A stretch of 64,000 bases of DNA from positions 1,024,001-1,088,000 of the forward strand of contig OZ243972.1 in assembly GCA_965214705.1 (NCBI GenBank), given 5' to 3'. The position numbers and the translations under genes were made by a program. This document shows, in pieces, positions 41,688 through 51,783 of the stretch (positions are counted from its first letter, which is position 1; each line of letters starts with the position of its first letter). The DNA comes from Alphaproteobacteria bacterium. Lineage in GTDB: Bacteria; Pseudomonadota; Alphaproteobacteria; UBA828. The notes below the pieces were generated by a model, which worked only from the letters and a program-made list of their open reading frames with translations, had not been told where the DNA came from and made no database searches.

Positions 41688-44099
41688 TCAATATACGGCG
41701 CCCAGCCCCTCGAACGGAACCGCACCTGTTTCGAGTGCGCCGTCCAGACCCTCGGCTGCCCGCAGAGCCGCCCGCTGCGTCGGCTCGGTGCCGGGCAGGA
41801 ACGCTTCGACGATCACGTCGTCGCTGGCGGGACCCGGCAGCGCGCCGGAATCGCGCTCGACCCGCACGAAGCGGATGCCTGTGGGAACCCGGAAGGGCAC
41901 GGCCGGCTTGTCAGCCAGGGCGCCGGCAAAAAAGTCCCGCACGATCGGCGCCGCAACACGGCCGCCGGACTCCTTCCACCCCAGCGATTGCGGCTGGTCG
42001 AAGCCGACGTAGGCCGCGGCCACGAGGTCCGGGGTGAAGCCGACGAACCAGGCATCGCGGAACTCGTTGGTAGTGCCGGTCTTGCCGCCAATCGTCGCGC
42101 CCAGCTTGCGAAGCGCGCGGCCGGTGCCGCGCTGTACGGCGCCCTCCAGCATCGAGACGACCTGGTAGGTGGTGCGCGGATCGGCGATCACCGGACGCAG
42201 GTCGCGCAGGATGGGCGGCAGCTGATGATGCCATTCGCCCGGCCGGCAGTGGTCGCAATCGCGCGCGTCCCGCCGATAGACCGTGCGCCCGTTGCGGTCC
42301 TGAATGCGCTCGACGAACGCTGGCTCGATCTTGCGCCCGCCGTTGACCAGCATGGCGTAAGCGGCAGCCAAGTCGAGCGGCGTGGTCTCCATCGAACCCA
42401 GCGCGGCCGACGGCAGCTCAGGCAGGTCCTCGTAGAGCCCGAAACGCGCGGCATAGTCGCCCACGGTCTTCATGCCGATGTCCTGGGCGACGCGGAGCGT
42501 CATCAGGTTGCGCGACTCCTCAAGGCCCACCCTTAGCGTGCTCGGGCCGTAGAATCGCTCGGTGTAGTTCGCGGGCTTCCACTTGCGCAGGTGCTCGCCC
42601 TGGTCGATCACCACCGGCGCGTCGAGCACGATGGAAGCCGGCGTGTAGCCGTGATCGAGCGCCGCTAGATAGACGAACGGCTTGAAGGCAGAGCCGGGCT
42701 GGCGCCGTGCCTGGGTCGCGCGGTCGAACTCGCTGGTGGCGAAGTCGAAGCCACCGACCAGCGCCAGCACCCGTCCGGTGTGCGGATCGAGCGCCACCAG
42801 GGCGCCCGAGACCGCGGGAATCTGGCGGAGCGCATAGGAACCGTCGCGGCCCTCCACCGGCGCGACCGGAACCACGTCGCCCGCGCTCAGCACTTGGTGC
42901 GCGGCGGTGACCTCCGGTCCGAGCCGGCCCTTCCCCCGCAACGCTCGCGCCCATGTAAGGTCGTCGAGCGCGATGGCGCCCACACCGCCGTCGGCGAAGC
43001 CGATTTCCGCGCGACCGGCCTCCACGGTCAGGACCGCCGCGAGGTGCCACGGCTTCGGCACCGGCGGCAGTTCCTCGGAGCCAAGTGCCTGCCGCCAGTC
43101 ACCCGCCGGATCGACCTGCGCGAGCGGGCCGCGCCAGCCGCGGCGTTGATCGTAGGCGACGAGGCCACCCCTGAGCGCACCGTCGGCGGCCGCCTGGAGC
43201 GCCGGATCGACCGTCGTACGGACCGAGAGCCCCCCTTCGTAGAGCGTGTCGTCGCCGTAGCGCGCCTGGAGCCAGCGCCGCACCTCCTCGGCGAAATGCG
43301 GTGCCTCAACGAAGGTCTCGGGCGCCCGATCTCGGGTGCGGAGCGGCGCCTGCATCGCAGCCTCGGCGTCGGCTTCGCTCACCGCGCCGTTCGCAACCAT
43401 CTGGTTCAACACCCAGTTGCGCCGGGCCACTGCGGCCTCGTGCTTGTGCACCGGGTGATAGTTGTTCGGCGCCTTGGGCAAAGCCGCCAGATAAGCAATC
43501 TCTTCGAGCGAGAGGTCGTTGAGCGAGCGGTCGAAATAGTTGAGTGCCGCCGCCGCCACCCCGTAGGAGCCGGCGCCCAGGTAAATCTCGTTGAGATAGA
43601 GCTCGAGGATCTGGTCCTTGGTGAAGGCGTCCTCGATCCTCATGGCGAGGATGGCTTCCTTGATCTTGCGCGAGAAGGAAAGCTCGTTCGAGAGCAGGAA
43701 GTTCTTGGCCACCTGCTGGGTGACCGTGGACGCGCCGACCGGCCGGCGTTCGCCGTTGCCGACCATGTTGACGAGGTTAGTGACCACCGCGTTCGCCACG
43801 CTGATGGGATCGACCCCGAAGTGCTCGTAAAACGCCTTGTCCTCGGCGGCGAGGAAGGCCTGGACCAGCCGCTGCGGCATTGCATTGACGGGCACGAACA
43901 GCCGCTTCTCGCGGGCGTGCTCGGCGAGCAGCCGGCCGTCGCCGGCGTGCACGCGGGTCATCACCGGCGGCTCGTAGGCCGCGAGCTGGTTGTGATCCGG
44001 CAGATCCCGGCCGTAGTGGAAGAACACGAAGGCGATGGCACCGCCTGCGAGTGCCGCGAGGAGCACGAGGCTGCCGAGGACGATGCCGGCGATTTTCAT
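41688..44099 (-). CDS. mrcA: Penicillin-binding protein 1A (bifunctional transglycosylase/transpeptidase)
   Basis: AEDKAFYEH, GASTVTQQ, RKIKE, SAFK, SRN and KTG. Confidence 0.93.
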   Translation of the reverse strand: MKIAGIVLGSLVLLAALAGGAIAFVFFHYGRDLPDHNQLAAYEPPVMTRVHAGDGRLLAEHAREKRLFVPVNAMPQRLVQAFLAAEDKAFYEHFGVDPISVANAVVTNLVNMVGNGERRPVGASTVTQQVAKNFLLSNELSFSRKIKEAILAMRIEDAFTKDQILELYLNEIYLGAGSYGVAAAALNYFDRSLNDLSLEEIAYLAALPKAPNNYHPVHKHEAAVARRNWVLNQMVANGAVSEADAEAAMQAPLRTRDRAPETFVEAPHFAEEVRRWLQARYGDDTLYEGGLSVRTTVDPALQAAADGALRGGLVAYDQRRGWRGPLAQVDPAGDWRQALGSEELPPVPKPWHLAAVLTVEAGRAEIGFADGGVGAIALDDLTWARALRGKGRLGPEVTAAHQVLSAGDVVPVAPVEGRDGSYALRQIPAVSGALVALDPHTGRVLALVGGFDFATSEFDRATQARRQPGSAFKPFVYLAALDHGYTPASIVLDAPVVIDQGEHLRKWKPANYTERFYGPSTLRVGLEESRNLMTLRVAQDIGMKTVGDYAARFGLYEDLPELPSAALGSMETTPLDLAAAYAMLVNGGRKIEPAFVERIQDRNGRTVYRRDARDCDHCRPGEWHHQLPPILRDLRPVIADPRTTYQVVSMLEGAVQRGTGRALRKLGATIGGKTGTTNEFRDAWFVGFTPDLVAAAYVGFDQPQSLGWKESGGRVAAPIVRDFFAGALADKPAVPFRVPTGIRFVRVERDSGALPGPASDDVIVEAFLPGTEPTQRAALRAAEGLDGALETGAVPFEGLGAVY

Positions 44100-44230
44100 C
44101 TTTGGGCAGGCCGGACGGTCAGTGGAGTCGCGTTCGCCTCAGCGTAGCACCGATCGACCGGTGTCGGGACGGTGATGCCGGTGCGTACCCTCCTATCGGG
44201 CGCCAAACTTGAGGCGAGACTGCGGCGGAA

Positions 44231-45469
44231 TTAGCACGGCTCGCGAAAGTAGGTGTCGAGTGCCTTGACGATCGCGCCTGCCAAATCGCGCCGGTGACTC
44301 TCGATCTGCAGCCGTTCCGCGTCCTGATCGTTGGAGAGGAATCCGAGCTCGACCAACACCGAGGGGATGTCCGGCGCCTTGAGGACGCGGAAGTTGCCGA
44401 AGCGGTGCGGGCGGCTGATCAACGGCGCCACGCGGCCGAGCTCCGGCAGCAGCGTCGCCGCCAGCACCGCCGAGCAGTTCATCGTGTTCTGCTGGACCAT
44501 CGAAATCAGCACCTTGGTCACGTCTTCGTCGTAGCCCTCGGAGAGATCGACGTCGGCGACGATGTCCGCCTTGTTCTCGCGCGCAGCGAGCTCGGCGGTC
44601 TCCACGTCCGACGCCTCGTCCGAAAGCGTGTAGACCGAGGCACCCTGCACCTCGCGGTTATTCAATCGGTCGAGGTGGATGGAGAGGAAGAGATCGGCTT
44701 CGGCCTCGCGGGCGATTTCGACCCGGCGGTGCAGCCCGACCTTGTGGTCGCCATCGCGGGTCATCACCGCCTGGTAGCGGCCGGATGCTTCAAGCGCCGC
44801 CCGCAGCTCGCGCGAGAACACCAATGCCAGCACCTTTTCCCGCAGGCCGTTGGTCGCGATTGCGCCAGGGTCACGCCCGCCGTGGCCGGCGTCAATCGCG
44901 ATCAGATGGCGTACACGCTTGGGCGCCGGCTTGAGCGGCGGCAAAGGCACGGGCTCGGCTGGGGGCGCTCGACGTGCCTGCGTGGCCGGCTCAGAGAGGC
45001 GAGACGGCCGAGCCGTGGCCCGAAACGCCGACTGCGATACCGGAACGAGATCCAGGATCAGCCGGTGAGAAACTGGGGTGTCCGCTCCCTGATCCAACAA
45101 CTCTGCCCGCCGCACGGCGAGCGGCTGATTGAGGTCGAGCACGATGCGGGCAACATCCGGCCGAAACTGACCGAAGCGCAGCTGTGCCACGCCGGCGCGT
45201 CCGATGGCTTGGGTTCCCTCCCCCGCGCCCCAGCTTGCCGCCGTCAGGTCGATCACCAGGCGGTCGGGATTGGCGAGGGAAAAAACACTGAACTCCACCG
45301 GCTCCGTGAGGTCCACGACCAGCCGGGTCATGTCGGCGTACTTGCCGACCCGAACGTCCGTGACGGAGGGTGCGGCCTGCGCGCCAACAGTGAGGACTGC
45401 AGCCAGCAATGATGCGAGAGCCGCCACCGCGACCCGGCGCCGCCTAATCACCCCGCTGCTCCGCCCCAT
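44231..45469 (-). CDS. amiC: N-acetylmuramoyl-L-alanine amidase (AMIN plus Amidase_3)
   Basis: AMIN domain (RLVVDL, P.RLVIDL), IDAGHGG.DPGA, EK, SIH and SVLVELGFLSN. The start is uncertain. Confidence 0.9.
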   Translation of the reverse strand: MGRSSGVIRRRRVAVAALASLLAAVLTVGAQAAPSVTDVRVGKYADMTRLVVDLTEPVEFSVFSLANPDRLVIDLTAASWGAGEGTQAIGRAGVAQLRFGQFRPDVARIVLDLNQPLAVRRAELLDQGADTPVSHRLILDLVPVSQSAFRATARPSRLSEPATQARRAPPAEPVPLPPLKPAPKRVRHLIAIDAGHGGRDPGAIATNGLREKVLALVFSRELRAALEASGRYQAVMTRDGDHKVGLHRRVEIAREAEADLFLSIHLDRLNNREVQGASVYTLSDEASDVETAELAARENKADIVADVDLSEGYDEDVTKVLISMVQQNTMNCSAVLAATLLPELGRVAPLISRPHRFGNFRVLKAPDIPSVLVELGFLSNDQDAERLQIESHRRDLAGAIVKALDTYFREPC

Positions 45470-45593
45470 GCCGGCAACTGTCCCTCCTCGTACCGGCAAT
45501 CGCGCCCCTTCATACAGTTTGGCCTCGAGTCTGGGCAACGCCGGACGCTTCGGCGGTCGTGCTATTCTCATTGTGCCAAGGAGGAGCGACGAC

Positions 45594-46364
45594 ATGGCGC
45601 GAAACGGGAGTGCGACGACGACACGCAAGCCGCGCCGCTCGCGCGCCGAGAGTCGCGCGCGGCGGGAACTCGCCGCCTGCTATCGCATGTTCTATCGGCG
45701 CGGCATGGACGACCTGATCTACACCCACCTCTCGGTGCGCATTTCCGATCGGCGTGATCGCTACCTTTTCATCGGCTTCGGCCAGCTCTTCGACGAGGTG
45801 ACCGCATCGAGCCTCATGACCGTCGACATCGAGGGCAACAACGTCGGCCGGACGCCCGGCGAGGTCAACCCGTCGGGCTGGGTGGTGCACCGGACCGTCT
45901 TCGAGGCGGTGCCGGAGGCTGAGAGCGTGATGCACCTCCACACGGTGCCGGGCGTCGCCGTCTCGGCGCAGAAGGACGGGCTGCTGCCGATCAACCAGTT
46001 CGCGATCACCCATGCCGGCCAGATCGCCTATCACGACTACGACGGTCCCGGCCTCCGGCCCGCCGAGCAGAAGACCCTGGTCCGCGACCTCGGCGACAGG
46101 CGCATGATGCTCCTGCGCAACCACGGTACGCTGACCTGGGGCCGCTCCATCGCCGAGGCTTTCACCTTGATGCACTACCTGGAGCGCACTTGCGAGATTC
46201 AGATCGCGGCCCAGGCCGGCGGCCCACCGGTACTGCCGTCGAAGTCGGTCATCGAACGCACGGCGGCGATCGGTCAGGGAACCGGCAACGTGGAATGGGC
46301 CAGGATCGGCTTTGAGGCGCTGCTGCGCCGCCTGGACCGGGAGGACCCCTCCTACCGTCGCTAG
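45594..46364 (+). CDS. Class II aldolase/adducin family protein
   Basis: DDLIYTHLS, MHLHT and LRNHG; strong GGAGGAG RBS before the ATG at 45594. Confidence 0.9.
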   Translation: MARNGSATTTRKPRRSRAESRARRELAACYRMFYRRGMDDLIYTHLSVRISDRRDRYLFIGFGQLFDEVTASSLMTVDIEGNNVGRTPGEVNPSGWVVHRTVFEAVPEAESVMHLHTVPGVAVSAQKDGLLPINQFAITHAGQIAYHDYDGPGLRPAEQKTLVRDLGDRRMMLLRNHGTLTWGRSIAEAFTLMHYLERTCEIQIAAQAGGPPVLPSKSVIERTAAIGQGTGNVEWARIGFEALLRRLDREDPSYRR

Positions 46365-46395
46365 TGTTTGGCGGCCTCCGCGCTATAGTGAAGGC

Positions 46396-47790
46396 ATGGC
46401 TACGGTATTGAAGAACACGGACACACGGAGCGCGGTGGACGAGCTTGCCGCGCTCCTGGGCGACCGGCTCTCGACCTCGCGCGCGGTGTGCGAGCACCAC
46501 GCGACCGGCGAGACCTACCACGCGCCGCGCCCGCCGGATGCGGTGGTCTTCCCCGAAACGACGGAGGAAGTCGCCGAGATCGTCCGCATCTGCGCGACTC
46601 ACGGCGTGCCCATGGTCCCGTACGGAGTGGGCACTTCGGTCGAAGGCAACGTCTGCGCGCTGGAGGGTGGAGTCACCCTCGACATGGGGCGGATGAACAA
46701 GGTCCTCCGAGTGAGCCAGGAGGACCTCGACGTCACGGTCCAGGCCGGGGTCACGCGCAAGCAGCTCAACACCCACCTGCGCGATACCGGACTGTTCTTC
46801 CCCATCGATCCGGGCGCGGATGCGACCCTCGGCGGCATGACCGCGACGCGCGCCTCCGGCACCAATGCCGTGCGTTACGGCACGCTGAAGGAGAACGTGC
46901 TCGGCCTCACGGTGGTGCTGCCCGATGGGCAGATCATTACGACCGGCGGGCGCGCCCGCAAGTCGGCGGCTGGCTACGACCTGACTCGGCTGTTCGTGGG
47001 CTCCGAGGGGACGCTCGGTGTGATGACCGAGATCACGCTCAAGCTCTACGGCATCCCCGAGGCGATCTCGGCGGCGGTGTGTTCCTTCCCCTCGCTGGAG
47101 GCGGCGGTCAACACGGTGATCCTGACCATCCAGTCGGGCATCCCAATCGCCCGCGTGGAGCTGCTCGACGATATCCAGATGGACGCCTGCAACAAGTTCT
47201 CGAAGCTCGACTACGCGCCGAAGGACACGCTCTTCTTCGAGTTCCACGGCACTGAGCAGGGTGTCGCCGAGCAGGTGGAGCAGGTGCGCGAAATCGTCGA
47301 GGAGTTCGGCGGCTCAGACTTCCGCTGGGCGAGCAAGGCGGAGGATCGGAACGCGCTCTGGCAGGCGCGGCACGATGTCTATTACGCATGCCTCGCGCTG
47401 CAACCCGGAAAGTCGGGCTGGGCGACCGATGTGTGCGTGCCGATTTCGCGCCTCGCCGAATGCCTGATCGAGACCAAGGAGGAACTCGATGCCTCGCCCC
47501 TGCTCGCGCCGATCGTCGGCCACGTAGGGGATGGCAACTTCCACGTTTGCTTCCTGATCGATCCGGACGATCCGGCCGAGATGGCCGAGGCCAAGCGCCT
47601 CAACGAGAGCATGATCGACCGCGCGCTCGCCATGGGCGGCACCAGCACGGGCGAGCACGGCATCGGTTGCGGCAAGCTCGACTATCTGGAGGCCGAGCAC
47701 GGCGCAGGTGCGGTCGACCTGATGCGCACGATCAAGCGCTCGTTCGACCCCCACAACCTGATGAATCCGGGGAAGGTGGTCGTCGTCTGA
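46396..47790 (+). CDS. FAD-linked 2-hydroxyacid oxidase/dehydrogenase (D-lactate dehydrogenase/GlcD-like)
   Basis: GTSVEG, DPGADATLGG, GSEGTLG, HVGDGNFH, GEHGIG and MNPGK. Confidence 0.9.
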   Translation: MATVLKNTDTRSAVDELAALLGDRLSTSRAVCEHHATGETYHAPRPPDAVVFPETTEEVAEIVRICATHGVPMVPYGVGTSVEGNVCALEGGVTLDMGRMNKVLRVSQEDLDVTVQAGVTRKQLNTHLRDTGLFFPIDPGADATLGGMTATRASGTNAVRYGTLKENVLGLTVVLPDGQIITTGGRARKSAAGYDLTRLFVGSEGTLGVMTEITLKLYGIPEAISAAVCSFPSLEAAVNTVILTIQSGIPIARVELLDDIQMDACNKFSKLDYAPKDTLFFEFHGTEQGVAEQVEQVREIVEEFGGSDFRWASKAEDRNALWQARHDVYYACLALQPGKSGWATDVCVPISRLAECLIETKEELDASPLLAPIVGHVGDGNFHVCFLIDPDDPAEMAEAKRLNESMIDRALAMGGTSTGEHGIGCGKLDYLEAEHGAGAVDLMRTIKRSFDPHNLMNPGKVVVV

Positions 47791-47895
47791 TCGCGAGCCC
47801 CCGCGCGCGGCCCTGGGGGCGCAGGTCGCGCTCCTTTCAGAGAGCACCGAACAGCATTAGCTAAGGAGGGCACGGTCGCTGGAGGCAGGCACGCC

Positions 47896-49257
47896 TCAAT
47901 CGAGCATCGTGCGCGGCAGCCACATGGCGATCTCGGGGAAGGCGATCACCAGCCCGAGCCCGATGAGCTGCAGGATCACGAAGGGGATGATCCCGCGATA
48001 AATCTGCTGAATGCGCACTTCGGGCGGGGCCACGCCCTTCATGTAGAAGAGGGCAAAGCCGAAGGGCGGTGTCAGGAACGAGGTCTGCAGGTTCACCGCC
48101 ATCAGAATCGAGAACCAGTAGACCACCTCGAGCTTGGGCACGTGGTCGCCGAAGTCGAGTCCGGCCAGGATCGGTGCGAACACCGGCAACACGATCAGCG
48201 TGATCTCGATCCAGTCGAAGAAGAACCCCAGGAGAAAGGTCACGATCATCAGGATGAAGAGAATTCCCCAGGGGCCGACGCCGACGGAATAGACCAAGTC
48301 CTCGATCAGCTGATCGCCGCCGAGCGAGCGGAAGACGTAGGAGAACGCCGTCGCGCCGACGAAAATGAAGAACAGCATGCCGTTGGTGAGCGCCGTGCGT
48401 TCGACCACGTCCCGCAGCACCTTCCACGTGAGCTTGCGGTTGATGACCGCCAGCAGGACCGCGCCGAAGGCGCCGACACCCGCCGCCTCAGTCGGCGTCG
48501 CCCAGCCGAGCACGATCGAGCCCAGCACCAGCAGAATGAGGAAGACCGCCGGGATGAAGCCCCGCAGCAGCAGGAAGATCAGCTCACGCGTGCTTTTGGG
48601 CCCCATGTCCTTCGGTAGTGGAGGCGCGAGGTGGGGCTTAAACCGGCACAGCGTCAGTATGTAGATGAAGTAGAGGCCCGCCAGCATCAGGCCCGGGAAC
48701 ACCGCCGCGACGAAGAGCGTGCCGACGGAGCGGCCCAGCAGGTCCGCCATGATCACCAGCATGATGCTGGGCGGTATCAGGATGCCGAGCGTGCCCGACG
48801 ACGCGATCGTGCCGGTGGCGAGCTCCATGTTGTACTTGCGCTGCAGCATGACCGGCAGCGCCATGAGGCTGATCATCACCACCGAGGCGCCGATGATGCC
48901 GGTGGTGGCGGCGAGGATGGTGCCCATCACCGTGACCGCGAGCGCGAGCCCGCCTGGCGTCCGCCTTAACAGGACCTGGAGGCAATAGAGCAGGTCGGCG
49001 GCGACGCCGGATCGCTCCAGCATCGTGCCCATGAAGATGAACATGGGGATCGCCACCAGCACCAAATTGTCGCCGATACCCCAGATGCGGAGCGGCAGGT
49101 TGAAGAACTGGATGACATGGAAGACGTCGAGGGCGGCCCCCAGAAAACCGAAGGCCAGCGCCACGCCGCCGAGGACAAATCCGACAGGGAAGCCCGAGAA
49201 CAACAGGATCGCCAGCGCGCCGAACATGAACGCCGGCAGATAGTCCTCGATGTACAT
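47896..49257 (-). CDS. TRAP transporter large permease DctM
   Basis: GTLGILIPPS, ATPTEAA and TPPFG motifs, with many TM helices. Confidence 0.93.
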   Translation of the reverse strand: MYIEDYLPAFMFGALAILLFSGFPVGFVLGGVALAFGFLGAALDVFHVIQFFNLPLRIWGIGDNLVLVAIPMFIFMGTMLERSGVAADLLYCLQVLLRRTPGGLALAVTVMGTILAATTGIIGASVVMISLMALPVMLQRKYNMELATGTIASSGTLGILIPPSIMLVIMADLLGRSVGTLFVAAVFPGLMLAGLYFIYILTLCRFKPHLAPPLPKDMGPKSTRELIFLLLRGFIPAVFLILLVLGSIVLGWATPTEAAGVGAFGAVLLAVINRKLTWKVLRDVVERTALTNGMLFFIFVGATAFSYVFRSLGGDQLIEDLVYSVGVGPWGILFILMIVTFLLGFFFDWIEITLIVLPVFAPILAGLDFGDHVPKLEVVYWFSILMAVNLQTSFLTPPFGFALFYMKGVAPPEVRIQQIYRGIIPFVILQLIGLGLVIAFPEIAMWLPRTMLD

Positions 49258-49260
49258 GCC

Positions 49261-49848
49261 CTACTGCTCCCGGCCCGGCGTGGTGGGCTCGGGACGTTCC
49301 GGCACTTTCGTACTGTCGTCGCTCAAGGCGCGACGGTGTTCGGGGGAGCCGAAGAGTTCGATGAACTTGCGCAGCAGCACCGCGACCGCGGCGAAACCCA
49401 GGAAGAGCATCCCGGCCGGCAGGAAACCCTTGATCGCCCAGCGGTAGGGCAGGCCGGTCGCGGAGTCCGAGGCCTCGTTCAGATTCCAGGAGCGCTCCAC
49501 GAAATCCATCGCGAAGTAGAAGACGATGGCGCAGTAGGGAATGGCGAAGACCAGGCAGCCGATGAACTCGATCCAGCGCTGCGTCGTGGGGCTGAAGCGC
49601 TCGTGCACCAGGCTGATTCGGACATGGGCGTTCTTAAGGTAGGCGAAGCCGAGGCAGAGCAGGAACAGCACCGCGTGCAGGTGCCATTCGCCTTCCTGCA
49701 ACTTGGTCGAACCCAGCACCAGGAAGCGGCGGGTGATGACGTCGAAGATGATGATGATCATCAGCGGTACCGAGATCCAGGCGCCAATGCGCCCGACCCA
49801 GGTCGCCACCGAATTGAGGACCGCCTCAATCCTCAGGAGATATCGCAT
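49261..49848 (-). CDS. TRAP transporter small permease DctQ
   Basis: Four TM helices, QE.EWHL and HVRI; lies between dctP and dctM. Confidence 0.9.
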   Translation of the reverse strand: MRYLLRIEAVLNSVATWVGRIGAWISVPLMIIIIFDVITRRFLVLGSTKLQEGEWHLHAVLFLLCLGFAYLKNAHVRISLVHERFSPTTQRWIEFIGCLVFAIPYCAIVFYFAMDFVERSWNLNEASDSATGLPYRWAIKGFLPAGMLFLGFAAVAVLLRKFIELFGSPEHRRALSDDSTKVPERPEPTTPGREQ

Positions 49849-49886
49849 GCAATCCGTTACCGCCGCCCAGCCGAGACAATAGGGGA

Positions 49887-49961
49887 GCGCCGGAGCGTGG
49901 TCTACACCCGCTCCGGCGCCCCTTGGCTAAGGAGAAGCCGTGCGCTGCCGCGCACGGCTTC
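49887..49961 (-). terminator. Two strong hairpins between dctP and dctQ (terminator or mRNA stabiliser)
   Basis: GAAGCCGTGCGC-TGCC-GCGCACGGCTTC (49934-49961) and GCGCCGGAGCG..CGCTCCGGCGC (49887-49919). Confidence 0.55.
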
Positions 49962-49970
49962 AGATCGGAC

Positions 49971-50698
49971 CTAGTTCAGGTAACCGAGATCGGCCCAGAC
50001 CGCATACTCGGCACGATAAGCCTGATAGGACTCCCAGACCTTGGCGAAGTTCGCGTCGCGCGCCGCATCCTCGGCCGCGACCTCGTTCCACTTCTCCTCC
50101 AACGTATCCAGGATTTCCTGCGGCCAACGATGGATCGTGACGCCCTTCTCCTGGAGCTCAGCCAGCGCCCTGCCCTGGATCGCTTCGCCCTCGGCCAGCC
50201 CTTCGCGGAAGGCATCGCCGCAGGCGACCTCGATCTGCGCCTGCTGGGTGTCGCTCAGCGCATCCCAGGCTGCCCGGTTCAGGAGCAGCTCGAACACCGT
50301 CGACTGCTGGTGCCAGCCGGGGAAGTAGTAGTGCTTGGCGACCTGATAGAAGCCGAGATTGAGGTCAATCGCTGGCATAGAATATTCGGTCGCGTCGATG
50401 GAGCCGCGTTCCAACGCCGGGAAGATATCGCCACCGGCGATGAGCTGGGTAGAGACGCCTATCTTCTCCGCGCGTTGGGCTCGAAGAACTTGATCTGAAT
50501 GTTACCGCCGGAGATGCGGTCCAGGCGGTCCACCATGCTTTTGCCGAGCGTGCCGAGCTGGGTCAGGTTGCTGGGAAACCAGCTAGCCATATTCCAGCGC
50601 ACGCGCTCGTCCTCGGCCTGGGCGAGGCCCGCCGTAAGAATCGCGGCGCTCAACACGCCGGCAGCAAGGCCGGCCTTGATCGACTTGCCAATGTTCAT
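49971..50698 (-). pseudogene. TRAP substrate-binding protein DctP (TakP-like), internally deleted and frameshifted
   Basis: Signal peptide plus RVRWNMASWFP...IKFFEPNA stops at 50459. A different frame resumes directly at EKIGVSTQLIAGGDIFPALERG..IDATE. The central part is absent. Confidence 0.85.
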
Positions 50699-50874
50699 TG
50701 CGTGCTCCCTCCAATCGTTTCGGTGCGCCCTGCAGAAGCGCATCGGCAGCATCCTGACTTAAGGTCCCGGCAACTTTGACCGGGGCGGCGGCGCCCGGTG
50801 TCGCGCCCTGGCGTCCGCCAAACCGCCACGCTAGAACAGGTGCACGGGCACGGCAAGCACCTCGGGAGCGAGCC

Positions 50875-51639
50875 TTGATCTATGTCAACCGGGTCGCCGT
50901 TGTCACCGGCGGGGCCAGCGGCATCGGTCGCGAGGTCGCGCGCGCATTGGCCGCACGCGGCGCGGCGGTCGCCGTCGCCGATCTTAACCTGGAGGGAGCC
51001 CGAGACGTCGCCGCAGCGTTAGCCGGTGACGGAGCACGGGCGGAGGCCATCGCCGTCGACGTCAGCCAGCCTGTACAGGCCGACGCGATGGTCGCTCGGG
51101 CGATAGAGGCATTCGGCAAGGTTGACATCCTGGTGCACAGCGCAGGCGTGGGCGTGGAGCGGAGCTTCCTCGACACCACGCCGGAGGAATGGCAGCGCAT
51201 CCTCGATATCGACCTCTCGGGCACGTTCTATTGCGGGCAGGCGGCGGCGCGGCACATGGTGGAGCGCGGCTACGGCCGTATCGTCAATCTCGCGTCGACC
51301 GCCGGCGTGCGCGGCGGCACCGGGCGTGCGGCCTACGGCACCGCCAAGGGCGGCGTCATCGCGCTCACCAAAGTGATGGCAGTCGAGCTCGCGCCTTACG
51401 GCATTACTGTGAACGCGCTCGCGCCGGGCGCGATCGAAACCGAGCTGGTGGCCAAGATGCACTCGGCGGAGACGCGCACGGTCTACCGCGCCGGCATCCC
51501 GCTCGACCGCTATGGCACGCCGGAGGAGACGGCCACTGCGGCACTCTTCCTCGCGAGCGAGGAAGCCCGCTACGTCACCGGCCACGTGCTCGCGGTCGAC
51601 GGGGGCTTCCTCGCGGCCGGCGTGATGCATCGTCGTTAG
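50875..51639 (+). CDS. Short-chain dehydrogenase/reductase (FabG-like)
   Basis: VTGGASGIG, YGTAK and NALAPG. A TTG start after GGAG is inferred. Confidence 0.9.
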   Translation: MIYVNRVAVVTGGASGIGREVARALAARGAAVAVADLNLEGARDVAAALAGDGARAEAIAVDVSQPVQADAMVARAIEAFGKVDILVHSAGVGVERSFLDTTPEEWQRILDIDLSGTFYCGQAAARHMVERGYGRIVNLASTAGVRGGTGRAAYGTAKGGVIALTKVMAVELAPYGITVNALAPGAIETELVAKMHSAETRTVYRAGIPLDRYGTPEETATAALFLASEEARYVTGHVLAVDGGFLAAGVMHRR

Positions 51640-51675
51640 ACGTAAGTCCAAGTCTGGAATCGCTCCAGTAATTTA

Positions 51676-51781
51676 TCGCTCACGGCAGCCAGCCTACGGC
51701 CGGCGCCTCCGCGAGGGCGCCGCTGACGCGGCGGGCCGCGGTCGCGACCTATGGCACGTCCGTCTTCGACGGACGCGCTCT
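51676..51781. repeat. 106-bp multi-hairpin intergenic repeat, copy A
   Basis: Aligns without gaps to 54441-54546 and 61689-61794 (14 mismatches to copy C by manual count). Confidence 0.9.
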
Positions 51782-51783
51782 GG

